A program made the position numbers and the translations under genes. A stretch of DNA of 64,000 bases from Auanema rhodensis (lineage: Eukaryota > Animalia > Nematoda): positions 1,674,001 to 1,738,000 of the forward strand of contig OZ059895.1 of NCBI GenBank assembly GCA_964057225.1, read 5' to 3'. The stretch's first letter is position 1. Each line of letters opens with the position of its first letter. The notes under the pieces are model-generated. The model did no database searches. It was given only the letters and a program-made list of their open reading frames with translations, and was not told the origin of the DNA. This document shows, one piece after another, positions 10,115 through 23,455 of the stretch.

Positions 10115-11521
10115 AATGTTGAGTGTACATGGAAACTCAACATACACTAATGCATCATTTTTCAAACGATCATAACTAATTTTTGTATTAAGCGTTTCTC
10201 AATGTAGTATAGTGCATTCGATGCGGATTTTTAAGCTGCGTCGATCTGTGTTATCAGATTTGCGCTAGCTTAAAAATGCACCGAGATATCAACTGATATA
10301 AGTTTACACTTATATCCTCGATTTTCACCCTGAAGAATTAATTTTTTCGTTGAATAACATTGTCCATCGTCTTTGCCTTGAAAAATGGAATCTAAAAACA
10401 TCTACTTTTTGCTAAATTATTTCGAAATTTTTCGAAAAAATTTTTGTCAAAATGTTTTTGGAAGCAATGTTGAGTGTACATGGAAACTCAACATACACTA
10501 ATGCATCATTTTTCAAACGATCATAACTAATTTTTGTATTAAGCTTTTCTCAATGTAGTATAGTGCATTCGATGCGGATTTTTAAGCTGCGTCGATCTGT
10601 GTTATCAGATTTGCGCTAGCTTAAAAATGCACCGAGATATCAACTGATATAAGTTCACACTTATATCCTCGATTTTCACCCTGAAGAATTAATTTTTTCG
10701 TTGAATAACATCGTCCATCGTCTTTGCCTTGAAAAACGGAATCTAAAAACATCTACTTTTTGCTAAATTATTTTGAAATTTTTCGAAAAAATTTTTGTCA
10801 AAATGTTTTTGGAAGCAATGTTGAGTGTACATGGAAACTCAACATACACTAATGCATCATTTTTCAAACGATCATAACTAATTTTTGTATTAAGCGTTTC
10901 TCAATGTAGTATAGTGCATTCGATGCGGATTTTTAAGCTGCGTCGATCTGTGTTATCAGATTTGCGCTAGCTTAAAAATGCACCGAGATATCAACTGATA
11001 TAAGTTTACACTTATATCCTCGATTTTCACCCTGAAGAATTAATTTTTTCGTTGAATAACATTGTCCATCGTCTTTGCCTTGAAAAATGGAATCTAAAAA
11101 CATCTACTTTTTGCTAAATTATTTCGAAATTTTTCGAAAAAATTTTTGTCAAAATGTTTTTGGAAGCAATGTTGAGTGTACATGGAAACTCAACATACAC
11201 TAATGCATCATTTTTCAAACGATCATAACTAATTTTTGTATTAAGCTTTTCTCAATGTAGTATAGTGCATTCGATGCGGATTTTTAAGCTGCGTCGATCT
11301 GTGTTATCAGATTTGCGCTAGCTTAAAAATGCACCGAGATATCAACTGATATAAGTTCACACTTATATCCTCGATTTTCACCCTGAAGAATTAATTTTTT
11401 TTTTGTTGAAAAACATTGTCCATCGTCTCTGCCTTGAAAAATGGAATCTAAAAACATCTACTTTTTGCTAAATTATTTTGAAATTTTTCGAAAAAATTTT
11501 TGTCAAAATGTTTTTGGAAGC
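10115..11521 (+). repeat. Short dimeric HOR (2 x ~702 bp) ending in a 354-bp variant monomer
   Basis: Monomers at 10115 and 10817 share agtTtacac and tatttCgaaa. Monomers at 10466 and 11168 share aagcTtttc. The monomer at 11168 has a 3-bp T-run expansion. Confidence 0.8.
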
Positions 11522-14500
11522 AATGTTGAGTGTACATGGAAACTCAACATACACTAATGCATCATTTTTCAAACGATTATAACTAATTTTTGTATTAAGC
11601 TTTTCTCAATGTAGTATAGTGCATTCGATGCGGATTTTTAAGCTGCGTCGATCTGTGTTATCAGATTTGCGCTAGCTTAAAAATGCACCGAGATATCAAC
11701 TGATATAAGTTCACACTTATATTCTCGATTTTCACCCTGAAGAATTAATTTTTTCGTTGAATAACATTGTCCATCGTCTTTGCCTTGAAAAATGGAATCT
11801 AAAAACATCTACTTTTTGCTAAATTATTTTGAAATTTTTCGAAAAAATTTTTGTCAAAATGTTTTTGGAAGCAATGTTGAGTGTACATGGAAACTCAACA
11901 TACACTAATGCATCATTTTTCAAACGATCATAACTAATTTTTGTATTAAGCGTTTCTCAATGTAGTATAGTGCATTCGATGCGGATTTTTAAGCTGCGTC
12001 GATCTGTGTTATCAGATTTGCGCTAGCTTAAAAATGCACCGAGATATCAACTGATATAAGTTCACACTTATATCCTCGATTTTCACCCTGAAGAATTAAT
12101 TTTTTCGTTGAATAACATCGTCCATCGTCTTTGCCTTGAAAAACGGAATCTAAAAACATCTACTTTTTGCTAAATTATTTTGAAATTTTTCGAAAAAATT
12201 TTTGTCAAAATGTTTTTGGAAGCAATGTTGAGTGTACATGGAAACTCAACATACACTAATGCATCATTTTTCAAACGATCATAACTAATTTTTGTATTAA
12301 GCGTTTCTCAATGTAGTATAGTGCATTCGATGCGGATTTTTAAGCTGCGTCGATCTGTGCTATCAGATTTGCGCTAGCTTAAAAATGCACCGAGATATCA
12401 ACTGATATAAGTTCACACTTATATCCTCGATTTTCACCCTGAAGAATTAATTTTTTCGTTGAATAACATCGTCCATCGTCTTTGCCTTGAAAAATGGAAT
12501 CTAAAAACATCTACTTTTTGCTAAATTATTTTGAAATTTTTCGAAAAAATTTTTGTCAAAATGTTTTTGGAAGCAATGTTGAGTGTACATGGAAACTCAA
12601 CATACACTAATGCATCATTTTTCAAACGATTATAACTAATTTTTGTATTAAGCTTTTCTCAATGTAGTATAATGCATTCGATGCGGATTTTTAAGCTGCG
12701 TCGATCTGTGTTATCAGATTTGCGCTAGCTTAAAAATGCACCGAGATATCAACTGATATAAGTTCACACTTATATTCTCGATTTTCACCCTGAAGAATTA
12801 ATTTTTTCGTTGAATAACATTGTCCATCGTCTTTGCCTTGAAAAATGGAATCTAAAAACATCTACTTTTTGCTAAATTATTTTGAAATTTTTCGAAAAAA
12901 TTTTTGTCAAAATGTTTTTGGAAGCAATGTTGAGTGTACATGGAAACTCAACATACACTAATGCATCATTTTTCAAACGATCATAACTAATTTTTGTATT
13001 AAGCGTTTCTCAATGTAGTATAGTGCATTCGATGCGGATTTTTAAGCTGCGTCGATCTGTGTTATCAGATTTGCGCTAGCTTAAAAATGCACCGAGATAT
13101 CAACTGATATAAGTTCACACTTATATCCTCGATTTTCACCCTGAAGAATTAATTTTTTCGTTGAATAACATCGTCCATCGTCTTTGCCTTAAAAAATGGA
13201 ATCTAAAAACATCTACTTTTTGCTAAATTATTTTGAAATTTTTCGAAAAAATTTTTGTCAAAATGTTTTTGGAAGCAATGTTGAGTGTACATGGAAACTC
13301 AACATACACTAATGCATCATTTTTCAAACGATCATAACTAATTTTTGTATTAAGCGTTTCTCAATGTAGTATAGTGCATTCGATGCGGATTTTTAAGCTG
13401 CGTCGATCTGTGTTATCAGATTTGCGCTAGCTTAAAAATGCACCGAGATATCAACTGATATAAGTTCACACTTATATCCTCGATTTTCACCCTGAAGAAT
13501 TAATTTTTTCGTTGAATAACATCGTCCATCGTCTTTGCCTTGAAAAACGGAATCTAAAAACATCTACTTTTTGCTAAATTATTTTGAAATTTTTCGAAAA
13601 AATTTTTGTCAAAATGTTTTTGGAAGCAATGTTGAGTGTACATGGAAACTCAACATACACTAATGCATCATTTTTCAAACGATTATAACTAATTTTTGTA
13701 TTAAGCTTTTCTCAATGTAGTATAGTGCATTCGATGCGGATTTTTAAGCTGCGTCGATCTGTGTTATCAGATTTGCGCTAGCTTAAAAATGCACCGAGAT
13801 ATCAACTGATATAAGTTCACACTTATATTCTCGATTTTCACCCTGAAGAATTAATTTTTTCGTTGAATAACATTGTCCATCGTCTTTGCCTTGAAAAATG
13901 GAATCTAAAAACATCTACTTTTTGCTAAATTATTTTGAAATTTTTCGAAAAAATTTTTGTCAAAATGTTTTTGGAAGCAATGTTGAGTGTACATGGAAAC
14001 TCAACATACACTAATGCATCATTTTTCAAACGATCATAACTAATTTTTGTATTAAGCGTTTCTCAATGTAGTATAGTGCATTCGATGCGGATTTTTAAGC
14101 TGCGTCGATCTGTGTTATCAGATTTGCGCTAGCTTAAAAATGCACCGAGATATCAACTGATATAAGTTCACACTTATATCCTCGATTTTCACCCTGAAGA
14201 ATTAATTTTTTCGTTGAATAACATCGTCCATCGTCTTTGCCTTGAAAAATGGAATCTAAAAACATCTACTTTTTGCTAAATTATCTTGAAATTTTTCGAA
14301 AAAATTTTTGTCAAAATGTTTTTGGAAGCAATGTTGAGTGTACATGGAAACTCAACATACACTAATGCATCATTTTTCAAACGATCATAACTAATTTTTG
14401 TATTAAGCGTTTCTCAATGTAGTGTAGTGCATTCGATGCGGATTTTTAAGCTGCGTCGATCTGTGTTATCAGATTTGCGCTAGCTTAAAAATGCACCGAG

Positions 14501-17500
14501 ATATCAACTGATATAAGTTCACACTTATATTCTCGATTTTCACCCTGAAGAATTAATTTTTTCGTTGAATAACATTGTCCATCGTCTTTGCCTTGAAAAA
14601 TGGAATCTAAAAACATCTACTTTTTGCTAAATTATTTGGAAATTTTTCGAAAAAATTTTTGTCAAAATGTTTTTGGAAGCAATGTTGAGTGTACATGGAA
14701 ACTCAACATACACTAATGCATCATTTTTCAAACGATCATAACTAATTTTTGTATTAAGCGTTTCTCAATGTAGTGTAGTGCATTCGATGCGGATTTTTAA
14801 GCTGCGTCGATCTGTGTTATCAGATTTGCGCTAGCTTAAAAATGCACCGAGATATCAACTGATATAAGTTCACACTTATATTCTCGATTTTCACCCTGAA
14901 GAATTAATTTTTTCGTTGAATAACATTGTCCATCGTCTTTGCCTTGAAAAATGGAATCTAAAAACATCTACTTTTTGCTAAATTATTTTGAAATTTTTCG
15001 AAAAAATTTTTGTCAAAATGTTTTTGGAAGCAATGTTGAGTGTACATGGAAACTCAACATACACTAATGCATCATTTTTCAAACGATCATAACTAATTTT
15101 TGTATTAAGCGTTTCTCAATGTAGTATAGTGCATTCGATGCGGATTTTTAAGCTGCGTCGATCTGTGTTATCAGATTTGCGCTAGCTTAAAAATGCACCG
15201 AGATATCAACTGATATAAGTTCACACTTATATCCTCGATTTTCACCCTGAAGAATTAATTTTTTCGTTGAATAACATCGTCCATCGTCTTTGCCTTGAAA
15301 AATGGAATCTAAAAACATCTACTTTTTGCTAAATTATTTTGAAATTTTTCGAAAAAATTTTTGTCAAAATGTTTTTGGAAGCAATGTTGAGTGTACATGG
15401 AAACTCAACATACACTAATGCATCATTTTTCAAACGATCATAACTAATTTTTGTATTAAGCGTTTCTCAATGTAGTATAGTGCATTCGATGCGGATTTTT
15501 AAGCTGCGTCGATCTGTGTTATCAGATTTGCGCTAGCTTAAAAATGCACCGAGATATCAACTGATATAAGTTCACACTTATATCCTCGATTTTCACCCTG
15601 AAGAATTAATTTTTTCGTTGAATAACATCGTCCATCGTCTTTGCCTTGAAAAACGGAATCTAAAAACATCTACTTTTTGCTAAATTATTTTGAAATTTTT
15701 CGAAAAAATTTTTGTCAAAATGTTTTTGGAAGCAATGTTGAGTGTACATGGAAACTCAACATACACTAATGCATCATTTTTCAAACGATTATAACTAATT
15801 TTTGTATTAAGCTTTTCTCAATGTAGTATAGTGCATTCGATGCGGATTTTTAAGCTGCGTCGATCTGTGTTATCAGATTTGCGCTAGCTTAAAAATGCAC
15901 CGAGATATCAACTGATATAAGTTCACACTTATATTCTCGATTTTCACCCTGAAGAATTAATTTTTTCGTTGAATAACATTGTCCATCGTCTTTGCCTTGA
16001 AAAATGGAATCTAAAAACATCTACTTTTTGCTAAATTATTTTGAAATTTTTCGAAAAAATTTTTGTCAAAATGTTTTTGGAAGCAATGTTGAGTGTACAT
16101 GGAAACTCAACATACACTAATGCATCATTTTTCAAACGATCATAACTAATTTTTGTATTAAGCGTTTCTCAATGTAGTGTAGTGCATTCGATGCGGATTT
16201 TTAAGCTGCGTCGATCTGTGTTATCAGATTTGCGCTAGCTTAAAAATGCACCGAGATATCAACTGATATAAGTTCACACTTATATTCTCGATTTTCACCC
16301 TGAAGAATTAATTTTTTCGTTGAATAACATTGTCCATCGTCTTTGCCTTGAAAAATGGAATCTAAAAACATCTACTTTTTGCTAAATTATTTTGAAATTT
16401 TTCGAAAAAATTTTTGTCAAAATGTTTTTGGAAGCAATGTTGAGTGTACATGGAAACTCAACATACACTAATGCATCATTTTTCAAACGATCATAACTAA
16501 TTTTTGTATTAAGCGTTTCTCAATGTAGTATAGTGCATTCGATGCGGATTTTTAAGCTGCGTCGATCTGTGTTATCAGATTTGCGCTAGCTTAAAAATGC
16601 ACCGAGATATCAACTGATATAAGTTCACACTTATATCCTCGATTTTCACCCTGAAGAATTAATTTTTTCGTTGAATAACATCGTCCATCGTCTTTGCCTT
16701 GAAAAATGGAATCTAAAAACATCTACTTTTTGCTAAATTATTTTGAAATTTTTCGAAAAAATTTTTGTCAAAATGTTTTTGGAAGCAATGTTGAGTGTAC
16801 ATGGAAACTCAACATACACTAATGCATCATTTTTCAAACGATCATAACTAATTTTTGTATTAAGCGTTTCTCAATGTAGTATAGTGCATTCGATGCGGAT
16901 TTTTAAGCTGCGTCGATCTGTGTTATCAGATTTGCGCTAGCTTAAAAATGCACCGAGATATCAACTGATATAAGTTCACACTTATATCCTCGATTTTCAC
17001 CCTGAAGAATTAATTTTTTCGTTGAATAACATCGTCCATCGTCTTTGCCTTGAAAAACGGAATCTAAAAACATCTACTTTTTGCTAAATTATTTTGAAAT
17101 TTTTCGAAAAAATTTTTGTCAAAATGTTTTTGGAAGCAATGTTGAGTGTACATGGAAACTCAACATACACTAATGCATCATTTTTCAAACGATTATAACT
17201 AATTTTTGTATTAAGCTTTTCTCAATGTAGTATAGTGCATTCGATGCGGATTTTTAAGCTGCGTCGATCTGTGTTATCAGATTTGCGCTAGCTTAAAAAT
17301 GCACCGAGATATCAACTGATATAAGTTCACACTTATATTCTCGATTTTCACCCTGAAGAATTAATTTTTTCGTTGAATAACATTGTCCATCGTCTTTGCC
17401 TTGAAAAATGGAATCTAAAAACATCTACTTTTTGCTAAATTATTTTGAAATTTTTCGAAAAAATTTTTGTCAAAATGTTTTTGGAAGCAATGTTGAGTGT

Positions 17501-20500
17501 ACATGGAAACTCAACATACACTAATGCATCATTTTTCAAACGATCATAACTAATTTTTGTATTAAGCGTTTTTCAATGTAGTATAGTGCATTCGATGCGG
17601 ATTTTTAAGCTGCGTCGATCTGTGTTATCAGATTTGCGCTAGCTTAAAAATGCACCGAGATATCAACTGATATAAGTTCACACTTATATCCTCGATTTTC
17701 ACCCTGAAGAATTAATTTTTTCGTTGAATAACATCGTCCATCGTCTTTGCCTTGAAAAATGGAATCTAAAAACATCTACTTTTTGCTAAATTATTTTGAA
17801 ATTTTTCGAAAAAATTTTTGTCAAAATGTTTTTGGAAGCAATGTTGAGTGTACATGGAAACTCAACATACACTAATGCATCATTTTTCAAACGATCATAA
17901 CTAATTTTTGTATTAAGCGTTTCTCAATGTAGTATAGTGCATTCGATGCGGATTTTTAAGCTGCGTCGATCTGTGTTATCAGATTTGCGCTAGCTTAAAA
18001 ATGCACCGAGATATCAACTGATATAAGTTCACACTTATATCCTCGATTTTCACCCTGAAGAATTAATTTTTTCGTTGAATAACATCGTCCATCGTCTTTG
18101 CCTTGAAAAACGGAATCTAAAAACATCTACTTTTTGCTAAATTATTTTGAAATTTTTCGAAAAAATTTTTGTCAAAATGTTTTTGGAAGCAATGTTGAGT
18201 GTACATGGAAACTCAACATACACTAATGCATCATTTTTCAAACGATTATAACTAATTTTTGTATTAAGCTTTTCTCAATGTAGTATAGTGCATTCGATGC
18301 GGATTTTTAAGCTGCGTCGATCTGTGTTATCAGATTTGCGCTAGCTTAAAAATGCACCGAGATATCAACTGATATAAGTTCACACTTATATTCTCGATTT
18401 TCACCCTGAAGAATTAATTTTTTCGTTGAATAACATTGTCCATCGTCTTTGCCTTGAAAAATGGAATCTAAAAACATCTACTTTTTGCTAAATTATTTTG
18501 AAATTTTTCGAAAAAATTTTTGTCAAAATGTTTTTGGAAGCAATGTTGAGTGTACATGGAAACTCAACATACACTAATGCATCATTTTTCAAACGATCAT
18601 AACTAATTTTTGTATTAAGCGTTTCTCAATGTAGTATAGTGCATTCGATGCGGATTTTTAAGCTGCGTCGATCTGTGTTATCAGATTTGCGCTAGCTTAA
18701 AAATGCACCGAGATATCAACTGATATAAGTTCACACTTATATCCTCGATTTTCACCCTGAAGAATTAATTTTTTCGTTGAATAACATCGTCCATCGTCTT
18801 TGCCTTGAAAAATGGAATCTAAAAACATCTACTTTTTGCTAAATTATTTTGAAATTTTTCGAAAAAATTTTTGTCAAAATGTTTTTGGAAGCAATGTTGA
18901 GTGTACATGGAAACTCAACATACACTAATGCATCATTTTTCAAACGATCATAACTAATTTTTGTATTAAGCGTTTCTCAATGTAGTATAGTGCATTCGAT
19001 GCGGATTTTTAAGCTGCGTCGATCTGTGTTATCAGATTTGCGCTAGCTTAAAAATGCACCGAGATATCAACTGATATAAGTTCACACTTATATCCTCGAT
19101 TTTCACCCTGAAGAATTAATTTTTTCGTTGAATAACATCGTCCATCGTCTTTGCCTTGAAAAACGGAATCTAAAAACATCTACTTTTTGCTAAATTATTT
19201 TGAAATTTTTCGAAAAAATTTTTGTCAAAATGTTTTTGGAAGCAATGTTGAGTGTACATGGAAACTCAACATACACTAATGCATCATTTTTCAAACGATT
19301 ATAACTAATTTTTGTATTAAGCTTTTCTCAATGTAGTATAGTGCATTCGATGCGGATTTTTAAGCTGCGTCGATCTGTGTTATCAGATTTGCGCTAGCTT
19401 AAAAATGCACCGAGATATCAACTGATATAAGTTCACACTTATATTCTCGATTTTCACCCTGAAGAATTAATTTTTTCGTTGAATAACATTGTCCATCGTC
19501 TTTGTCTTGAAAAATGGAATCTAAAAACATCTACTTTTTGCTAAATTATTTTGAAATTTTTCGAAAAAATTTTTGTCAAAATGTTTTTGGAAGCACTGTT
19601 GAGTGTACATGGAAACTCAACATACACTAATGCATCATTTTTCAAACGATCATAACTAATTTTTGTATTAAGCGTTTCTCAATGTAGTATAGTGCATTCG
19701 ATGCGGATTTTTAAGCTGCGTCGATCTGTGTTATCAGATTTGCGCTAGCTTAAAAATGCACCGAGATATCAACTGATATAAGTTCACACTTATATCCTCG
19801 ATTTTCACCCTGAAGAATTAATTTTTTCGTTGAATAACATCGTCCATCGTCTTTGCCTTGAAAAATGGAATCTAAAAACATCTACTTTTTGCTAAATTAT
19901 CTTGAAATTTTTCGAAAAAATTTTTGTCAAAATGTTTTTGGAAGCAATGTTGAGTGTACATGGAAACTCAACATACACTAATGCATCATTTTTCAAACGA
20001 TCATAACTAATTTTTGTATTAAGCGTTTCTCAATGTAGTATAGTGCATTCGATGCGGATTTTTAAGCTGCGTCGATCTGTGTTATCAGATTTGCGCTAGC
20101 TTAAAAATGCACCGAGATATCAACTGATATAAGTTCACACTTATATCCTCGATTTTCACCCTGAAGAATTAATTTTTTCGTTGAATAACATCGTCCATCG
20201 TCTTTGCCTTGAAAAATGGAATCTAAAAACATCTACTTTTTGCTAAATTATTTTGAAATTTTTCGAAAAAATTTTTGTCAAAATGTTTTTGGAAGCAATG
20301 TTGAGTGTACATGGAAACTCAACATACACTAATGCATCATTTTTCAAACGATTATAACTAATTTTTGTATTAAGCTTTTCTCAATGTAGTATAGTGCATT
20401 CGATGCGGATTTTTAAGCTGCGTCGATCTGTGTTATCAGATTTGCGCTAGCTTAAAAATGCACCGAGATATCAACTGATATAAGTTCACACTTATATCCT

Positions 20501-23455
20501 CGATTTTCACCCTGAAGAATTAATTTTTTCGTTGAATAACATCGTCCATCGTCTTTGCCTTGAAAAATGGAATCTAAAAACATCTACTTTTTGCTAAATT
20601 ATCTTGAAATTTTTCGAAAAAATTTTTGTCAAAATGTTTTTGGAAGCAATGTTGAGTGTACATGGAAACTCAACATACACTAATGCATCATTTTTCAAAC
20701 GATCATAACTAATTTTTGTATTAAGCGTTTCTCAATGTAGTATAGTGCATTCGATGCGGATTTTTAAGCTGCGTCGATCTGTGTTATCAGATTTGCGCTA
20801 GCTTAAAAATGCACCGAGATATCAACTGATATAAGTTCACACTTATATCCTCGATTTTCACCCTGAAGAATTAATTTTTTCGTTGAATAACATCGTCCAT
20901 CGTCTTTGCCTTGAAAAATGGAATCTAAAAACATCTACTTTTTGCTAAATTATTTTGAAATTTTTCGAAAAAATTTTTGTCAAAATGTTTTTGGAAGCAA
21001 TGTTGAGTGTACATGGAAACTCAACATACACTAATGCATCATTTTTCAAACGATTATAACTAATTTTTGTATTAAGCTTTTCTCAATGTAGTATAGTGCA
21101 TTCGATGCGGATTTTTAAGCTGCGTCGATCTGTGTTATCAGATTTGCGCTAGCTTAAAAATGCACCGAGATATCAACTGATATAAGTTCACACTTATATT
21201 CTCGATTTTCACCCTGAAGAATTAATTTTTTCGTTGAATAACATTGTCCATCGTCTTTGCCTTGAAAAATGGAATCTAAAAACATCTACTTTTTGCTAAA
21301 TTATTTTGAAATTTTTCGAAAAAATTTTTGTCAAAATGTTTTTGGAAGCAATGTTGAGTGTACATGGAAACTCAACATACACTAATGCATCATTTTTCAA
21401 ACGATCATAACTAATTTTTGTATCAAGCGTTTCTCAATGTAGTATAGTGCATTCGATGCGGATTTTTAAGCTGCGTCGATCTGTGTTATCAGATTTGCGC
21501 TAGCTTAAAAATGCACCGAGATATCAACTGATATAAGTTCACACTTATATCCTCGATTTTCACCCTGAAGAATTAATTTTTTCGTTGAATAACATCGTCC
21601 ATCGTCTTTGCCTTGAAAAATGGAATCTAAAAACATCTACTTTTTGCTAAATTATTTTGAAATTTTTCGAAAAAATTTTTGTCAAAATGTTTTTGGAAGC
21701 AATGTTGAGTGTACATGGAAACTCAACATACACTAATGCATCATTTTTCAAACGATTATAACTAATTTTTGTATTAAGCTTTTCTCAATGTAGTATAGTG
21801 CATTCGATGCGGATTTTTAAGCTGCGTCGATCTGTGTTATCAGATTTGCGCTAGCTTAAAAATGCACCGAGATATCAACTGATATAAGTTCACACTTATA
21901 TCCTCGATTTTCACCCTGAAGAAATAATTTTTTCGTTGAATAACATTGTCCATCGTCTTTGCCTTGAAAAAAGGAATCTAAAAACATCTACTTTTTGCTA
22001 AATTATTTTGAAATTTTTCGAAAAAATTTTTGTCAAAATGTTTTTGGAAGCAATGTTGAGTGTACATGGAAACTCAACATACACTAATGCATCATTTTTC
22101 AAACGATCATAACTAATTTTTGTATTAAGCGTTTCTCAATGTAGTATAGTGCATTCGATGCGGATTTTTAAGCTGCGTCGATCTGTGTTATCAGATTTGC
22201 GCTAGCTTAAAAATGCACCGAGATATCAACTGATATAAGTTCACACTTATATCCTCGATTTTCACCCTGAAGAATTAATTTTTTCGTTGAATAACATCGT
22301 CCATCGTCTTTGCCTTGAAAAATGGAATCTAAAAACATCTACTTTTTGCTAAATTATTTTGAAATTTTTCGAAAAAATTTTTGTCAAAATGTTTTTGGAA
22401 GCAATGTTGAGTGTACATGGAAACTCAACATACACTAATGCATCATTTTTCAAACGATTATAACTAATTTTTGTATTAAGCTTTTCTCAATGTAGTATAG
22501 TGCATTCGATGCGGATTTTTAAGCTGCGTCGATCTGTGTTATCAGATTTGCGCTAGCTTAAAAATGCACCGAGATATCAACTGATATAAGTTCACACTTA
22601 TATTCTCGATTTTCACCCTGAAGAATTAATTTTTTCGTTGAATAACATTGTCCATCGTCTTTGTCTTGAAAAATGGAATCTAAAAACATCTACTTTTTGC
22701 TAAATTATTTTGAAATTTTTCGAAAAAATTTTTGTCAAAATGTTTTTGGAAGCAATGTTGAGTGTACATGGAAACTCAACATACACTAATGCATCATTTT
22801 TCAAACGATCATAACTAATTTTTGTATTAAGCGTTTCTCAATGTAGTATAGTGCATTCGATGCGGATTTTTAAGCTGCGTCGATCTGTGTTATCAGATTT
22901 GCGCTAGCTTAAAAATGCACCGAGATATCAACTGATATAAGTTCACACTTATATCCTCGATTTTCACCCTGAAGAATTAATTTTTTCGTTGAATAACATC
23001 GTCCATCGTCTTTGCCTTGAAAAATGGAATCTAAAAACATCTACTTTTTGCTAAATTATTTTGAAATTTTTCGAAAAAATTTTTGTCAAAATGTTTTTGG
23101 AAGCAATGTTGAGTGTACATGGAAACTCAACATACACTAATGCATCATTTTTCAAACGATTATAACTAATTTTTGTATTAAGCTTTTCTCAATGTAGTAT
23201 AGTGCATTCGATGCGGATTTTTAAGCTGCGTCGATCTGTGTTATCAGATTTGCGCTAGCTTAAAAATGCACCGAGATATCAACTGATATAAGTTCACACT
23301 TATATTCTCGATTTTCACCCTGAAGAATTAATTTTTTCGTTGAATAACATTGTCCATCGTCTTTGCCTTGAAAAATGGAATCTAAAAACATCTACTTTTT
23401 GCTAAATTATTTTGAAATTTTTCGAAAAAATTTTTGTCAAAATGTTTTTGGAAGC
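11522..23455 (+). repeat. Satellite domain dominated by a trimeric (1053-bp) HOR with dimer and tetramer variants
   Basis: Repeating monomer types: A (acgatTata, aagcTttt, tataTtctcg), B (aacatCgtcc) and C (aacatCgtcc plus aaaaCgga). C markers at ~17058, 18111 and 19164 are 1053 bp apart. Confidence 0.85.
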
